A stretch of 64,000 bases of DNA from Candidatus Bathyarchaeia archaeon (GTDB lineage: Archaea > Thermoproteota > Bathyarchaeia > Bathyarchaeales > Bathycorpusculaceae). Made by a program: the position numbers and the translations under genes. Position 1 is the first letter of the stretch. The number at the start of each line of letters is the position of its first letter. The notes beneath the pieces are model-generated. The model was not told where the DNA came from. It ran no database searches and worked only from the letters and a program-made list of their open reading frames with translations. Shown here in pieces: positions 59,918 through 64,000 of the stretch. Where the stretch lies: positions 1 to 64,000 of the forward strand of contig JBEKTQ010000003.1 of assembly GCA_049515895.1 (NCBI GenBank), read 5' to 3'.

Positions 59918-60711
59918 AACCATGATAGGGTTCCGTTTTTTCTTGCCGTTTTCAAACACCACGCGTATATCACGTATCCGACGGGTACAATGATCGCGCA
60001 CATCAGAGCCAAAATCTCCAAGTTGGGCAAAATCATGGCGATAGTGGAGCCTGTTAACATTTGCTTGATGCATGTCATGAAGTAATATGGTGGAGTTAAG
60101 TAGGCAATTATTCGCAGGGGGGTCGGCAGGATTTGTGGCGGAAAAAGCACGTTCCCAAAAAGGGTTATTGCTATGGTCATTAGTGCTGTCACCGGGTCGC
60201 CTTGCTTGGTTAGAATCAGAATGCCCGAGCCAATCATACTAATACCTATGAATGTGCCGATGCCCAAGGCAAGAACAATCAATGCCCCAACAATGTTTAC
60301 ACTGAGGACTACCCCGAAAAAGTACACGCCGATAACAAGGTAAATTGCTACTACGCCAGTGCTCCAGACAAATCCCCAAATAGAACTGCCGATGATGAAT
60401 GTTGTTAAGGTAGTCGGCGAAACCAAGACTTCTTCAAGCGACCAAGGGTTAATGGTTTTTTGCACAAGTGTTAAGGCTTGTCCAAGGTAAGTGTTGAATG
60501 CTAATCCGATAAGCAGGTAAGTTGTGTAGTTCGTATGGTATAATTGAGTTACAGTTTGATTGACTGAACTCTGTCCAAGATAAGCGAAGGATAATGCCCC
60601 GAAAACTGCAGTAAAAACCAGAATGAGAATGTTTGTTTTGTAAGTAGAGAAGCTTACCATGTCCCGTTTCATGAAATACCAGATTTTCTCAAGCTCGCCC
60701 CCAACAGTCAT
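59914..60711 (-). CDS. ABC-2 type exporter permease
   Basis: LEEVLVSP, FPPQILP; six TMs. Confidence 0.9.
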   Translation of the reverse strand: MTVGGELEKIWYFMKRDMVSFSTYKTNILILVFTAVFGALSFAYLGQSSVNQTVTQLYHTNYTTYLLIGLAFNTYLGQALTLVQKTINPWSLEEVLVSPTTLTTFIIGSSIWGFVWSTGVVAIYLVIGVYFFGVVLSVNIVGALIVLALGIGTFIGISMIGSGILILTKQGDPVTALMTIAITLFGNVLFPPQILPTPLRIIAYLTPPYYFMTCIKQMLTGSTIAMILPNLEILALMCAIIVPVGYVIYAWCLKTARKNGTLSWF

Positions 60712-60715
60712 GCGG

Positions 60716-61726
60716 TCACGCCCTCTTAGTTAACTCGATAAACGCGTCTTCAAGGCTGGGTTCTTCCCGCTTGAAGTTCACAAGTTTGATTTTTTGCTCG
60801 AATAGGAAATCAAAGATCGACGGCAGCTGGTCGACGGTTTGGAGTTCAACATGCAATTCGTGCTGCCCAGACATCAGGGGTTGCTCCGTTTTTTCGGATA
60901 CTTCTATCACTCCTTGCATCATACGCATCTTCTCAATCTGAGGCTGCGAGATATCTTCTAGCACCAAGTAGATTTGCTCGTCTTTCTTTATTTTGGCTTT
61001 CAAAGCCTCGGGAGTGTCGTAGGCGACTATTTTTCCCTGTTTGAGTATGCCGATTTTGGTGCAGATTTGCGCTGCTTCTTCAATGTAATGCGTTGTGTAC
61101 AGCACTGTCTTGCCTGTTTCCCGAACGGTGCTCTGGACGAAATCGCGGATGGTCCTTGAGGATATGGCGTCCAAACCCGTTGTTGGCTCGTCAAGCATGA
61201 TTATGGGTGGGTCAGGAAGCAGGGTTCTTGCGAGGGCAAGTTTCCTTTTCATTCCGCCTGAGTACTTCTGGAACAACTGGAAAGTGTTGTTTTCTAAACC
61301 TACAAGGTTTAACACTTCCAAAATCCGTTCATGCCGCTTCTGCCTAGGCACATTATAGATCGCGGCGAAAAACTCCAGGTTCCTGTACCCGTTAAGCCGC
61401 CAAAAGAACCCGCGCTCCCCAACGCTGAAAAGTGTGCCAAGCGAACGTTTAACCTGCATCTGTTGCTTAACGATGTCGAAGCCATTAATCAACGCGGTTC
61501 CCCCATCGGGCGGAAGAAGGGTACAAAGCATCTTAACTAACGTGGTTTTTCCCGCACCGTTGGGACCGAGAAGCCCAAAAAGCTCGCCTTTCTTGACAGT
61601 AAGGTTGATGCCGTCAACCGCGTTTACAGTGACGGCTTTGCGCCTGAGAAAGCCGCCTCCGTTTGGAACTGTCGACTTGAACCTTTTTGTCAAGCTGATG
61701 GTTTCGATGGCGTTTTCAGTTGGCAA
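60716..61726 (-). CDS. ABC exporter ATPase
   Basis: GPNGAGKTT, YSGGM, LDEPTTGLD. Confidence 0.95.
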   Translation of the reverse strand: MPTENAIETISLTKRFKSTVPNGGGFLRRKAVTVNAVDGINLTVKKGELFGLLGPNGAGKTTLVKMLCTLLPPDGGTALINGFDIVKQQMQVKRSLGTLFSVGERGFFWRLNGYRNLEFFAAIYNVPRQKRHERILEVLNLVGLENNTFQLFQKYSGGMKRKLALARTLLPDPPIIMLDEPTTGLDAISSRTIRDFVQSTVRETGKTVLYTTHYIEEAAQICTKIGILKQGKIVAYDTPEALKAKIKKDEQIYLVLEDISQPQIEKMRMMQGVIEVSEKTEQPLMSGQHELHVELQTVDQLPSIFDFLFEQKIKLVNFKREEPSLEDAFIELTKRA

Positions 61727-61867
61727 TCATTAAACCTCTTGCTGTCACCATGATTTCTATTTATTCAGTAACTAATCAGTTTTGCATCAAGAAACGATTA
61801 GTTGTATTTTAGTTAAGTTATCGGTGAAACAATTAAGCGTTTTGACGCTGCCGAGACCAATCTTAAA

Positions 61868-62788
61868 CTAGAACTTGTGGACAAAGGGTGCAAGCTGCTT
61901 TGCGTTTTCGAATTTCTGTGCCAGCGGCACGTGCAAGTACGCTCCGTACCTATTGAAATATGGTGGGCCTTTTCTTGAGAACAGGGTTAAGACTTTGCCA
62001 CCGTGGTTGATTTTGTAGCCTGTGTCGCTTGCTTCATGACCTCTAATCAGGATTTGTGCATTCACCCTATCAAGAACCTTTTCGGTGACATCTCTACCGA
62101 AGAATTTTCCCGCGCCTCTCTCTGACAAGGAAACGCCACGCATTCCTTCGACAGGGTCGCTCCAAAGCAAATCCACAAGCAGCGCTTCATTGTTTCCCTC
62201 TCGGGCTTGAGCGATATCTTGGAGGCTACTGATTTCTGGAGAGACACCGCCGTGAACCATTAAGAAACGTCCATCAACGAAAACGGCGTTGTACAGGCAA
62301 GTCCACAGAGTACGTGTTTTTTCATAAACCTCATTAGAGTATTCGCCGAACTTGGCTTGGAATCTATCTGGTAAATCGTGCGGAGAGGCCACCAGATTCT
62401 TCGGTCCCTCATGATTCCCTCTCATAAGAATGACTTGTTTTGGGAAGTCAAGCTTTAGTTTTAGAATCATGTAGTAGGTTTCGGCTGGTTTATCTCCTCT
62501 GTCGCCGTAGTCGCCCAAGAAAATTATGGTTGCGTCTTCTGTTTTTTCCATTTTTTGTACGAATTGGCTTTCCTTAAGTATCTGGAAGAGGCTCTCTATG
62601 TCTCCATGCAAGTCGCCTATGACCAGGGCCTCCCCAACCGGTTCAACAGTGACAAGACGGTTAGTGATTTTTAAATTGCCGATTTTCCCGTTTTCGTTCT
62701 GCATCAAAAGCGTGGCTTTATCTAATGTTTCAATAAGTATTTTACTTTGAATATTTTGGGCTTTTTTAACTATTGCAAATAAATCCAA
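61868..62788 (-). CDS. PPP-family Ser/Thr protein phosphatase
   Basis: GDLHG, GDYGDRG, RGNHE, HGG, DLLWSDP, IRGHE, TLFS. Confidence 0.92.
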   Translation of the reverse strand: MDLFAIVKKAQNIQSKILIETLDKATLLMQNENGKIGNLKITNRLVTVEPVGEALVIGDLHGDIESLFQILKESQFVQKMEKTEDATIIFLGDYGDRGDKPAETYYMILKLKLDFPKQVILMRGNHEGPKNLVASPHDLPDRFQAKFGEYSNEVYEKTRTLWTCLYNAVFVDGRFLMVHGGVSPEISSLQDIAQAREGNNEALLVDLLWSDPVEGMRGVSLSERGAGKFFGRDVTEKVLDRVNAQILIRGHEASDTGYKINHGGKVLTLFSRKGPPYFNRYGAYLHVPLAQKFENAKQLAPFVHKF

Positions 62789-62806
62789 TGGAAACCACAG
62801 GTAAAA

Positions 62807-64000
62807 TTAGGGAATTTGAACTTTTATGTCGGTTGAACTGTAAATGTTTTTCTCAATTGTTCTTTTGAGATTGCTGATTTTATCAACTGCTTCATTGAAC
62901 GCGTTTTCCTTGACTGCCTCATGAGTTTCGATACTTGTTTTCCTTGATTTAAGTTGGTCAAGCTGTTGCTGGCACGTAGCGAGACTGCGTTTTGTCCGGT
63001 CCATCAATGGAGAAGCCAGCAGTTGCTCCCTTGACTTTGCCAATTCCACGGTCCTGATTTGAATCTGACAGAGCGAATTGTTCTTGAGGATCTCATTTGT
63101 CGACTGCTCTGCTTTCCGTGCCTTTTCATCTTTTAGTTTTAACTTGTCTTCCACCAAAAAACGCTGAAGCTTCTCTAAGATCTCCCTGAACTCAGGGTAG
63201 TCGTTCTGCTCAGTTATTAAAGCCTCAAAGGGATTTTCTAGATATAAGTTTATTCGCTTCAGCTCATCGGGCGTTATTCCGCCTCCCCCGCCGCTGGTTG
63301 CTAACGCCTGCATCTTTATGAACGGTTTTTGCAGGTGCCGGAGCGTATTTTTTAGCTCATTAGTTAAATTGCATATTTCGTTGTTAACCGTGTTTAACTC
63401 ATCAATAGGTCCCTTAGTCTTCAACTCGTCAATTTTCTGCTCTAAATCAGAGATTTCTTTCTCTATGGGCAAGCGCTCATTTTTAATTTGGTTTTTTTCT
63501 TCACCTAGCGTTCCCCGGAGGTTCTGCACGTCTTGGAGCTCGTTTAGAAGATTGAATGTTTCCTCCAGAGTTTTAGTTTTCATGTATTCTTTTGAAAGGA
63601 AGTCATTGAGAAATGTGTGTGTTTGTTTAGCTTTTTCGTACACGGTCTGAAACCTTCTTCGGTCCATTATGAAGAAGGGAGAAATTCTTGGAAACCAGTT
63701 CTTGATGTCTATGTCAAATACGATGAAGATTTTTTGGATTTCCTGAGCATACCGATTCAACGTGTCATAGGAGATTTCTTCTGGCGCTTCAAGTTTCTTG
63801 AGCCGATCAACAAATAAATGCGCAAGCTTGTTTAAGGCTCGGGCTCGATTGTAAACTTTCATGTTCCTTCGTTCAATTTCTCTTGTGCTGTTATCCAAGA
63901 GCATCTTGCTCACGTCGTCGACGCCTTGCATTGCCAGCTTCATGTCGTCCCTTAGTTTTTTGGCTTGGGCATGCACAGGCGAGAGGATAGAGTTTGTTTT
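62807..64000 (-). CDS. Long coiled-coil protein (5' end outside window)
   Basis: Heptad-rich ORF open to the window edge. Confidence 0.7.
   Translation of the reverse strand, partial: KTNSILSPVHAQAKKLRDDMKLAMQGVDDVSKMLLDNSTREIERRNMKVYNRARALNKLAHLFVDRLKKLEAPEEISYDTLNRYAQEIQKIFIVFDIDIKNWFPRISPFFIMDRRRFQTVYEKAKQTHTFLNDFLSKEYMKTKTLEETFNLLNELQDVQNLRGTLGEEKNQIKNERLPIEKEISDLEQKIDELKTKGPIDELNTVNNEICNLTNELKNTLRHLQKPFIKMQALATSGGGGGITPDELKRINLYLENPFEALITEQNDYPEFREILEKLQRFLVEDKLKLKDEKARKAEQSTNEILKNNSLCQIQIRTVELAKSREQLLASPLMDRTKRSLATCQQQLDQLKSRKTSIETHEAVKENAFNEAVDKISNLKRTIEKNIYSSTDIKVQIP

Noticed and set aside
1-64000. CRISPR array or cas genes
   Set aside because: No regularly spaced 25-40 bp repeats or Cas motifs seen

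Overview
Archaeal chromosome segment, most likely Bathyarchaeia. This is inferred from archaeal-type LeuRS, PheRS, P1/L12, uS12/uS7 and PGI/PMI, an intron-containing tRNA and DUF5752-type proteins; no search was run. The main feature is a ~15.9 kb integrated element (20995-36902) bounded by a 13-bp direct repeat, TATTCGGGTAAAT. It sits in the last codons of the ribosomal protein gene rpl12 rather than in a tRNA gene. It encodes a tyrosine integrase, a divergent MCM-like helicase with an inverted-iteron origin-like structure at its 3' end, a probable single-strand annealing protein and an RHH-Doc toxin-antitoxin pair. It also carries a translationally coupled ParB + Spo11/Topo VI-A-like cassette that has no ParA or Topo VI-B and is bracketed by two paralogous small genes. 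Elsewhere: a tRNA-Ala(GGC) with a T-arm intron, convergent with an HTH-LAGLIDADG gene broken by one TAG; structured non-coding leaders before rpl12 and pheS; several pseudogenes (pyrI deletion relic, integrase fragment); and ordinary housekeeping genes. Family calls come from motif recognition by eye.
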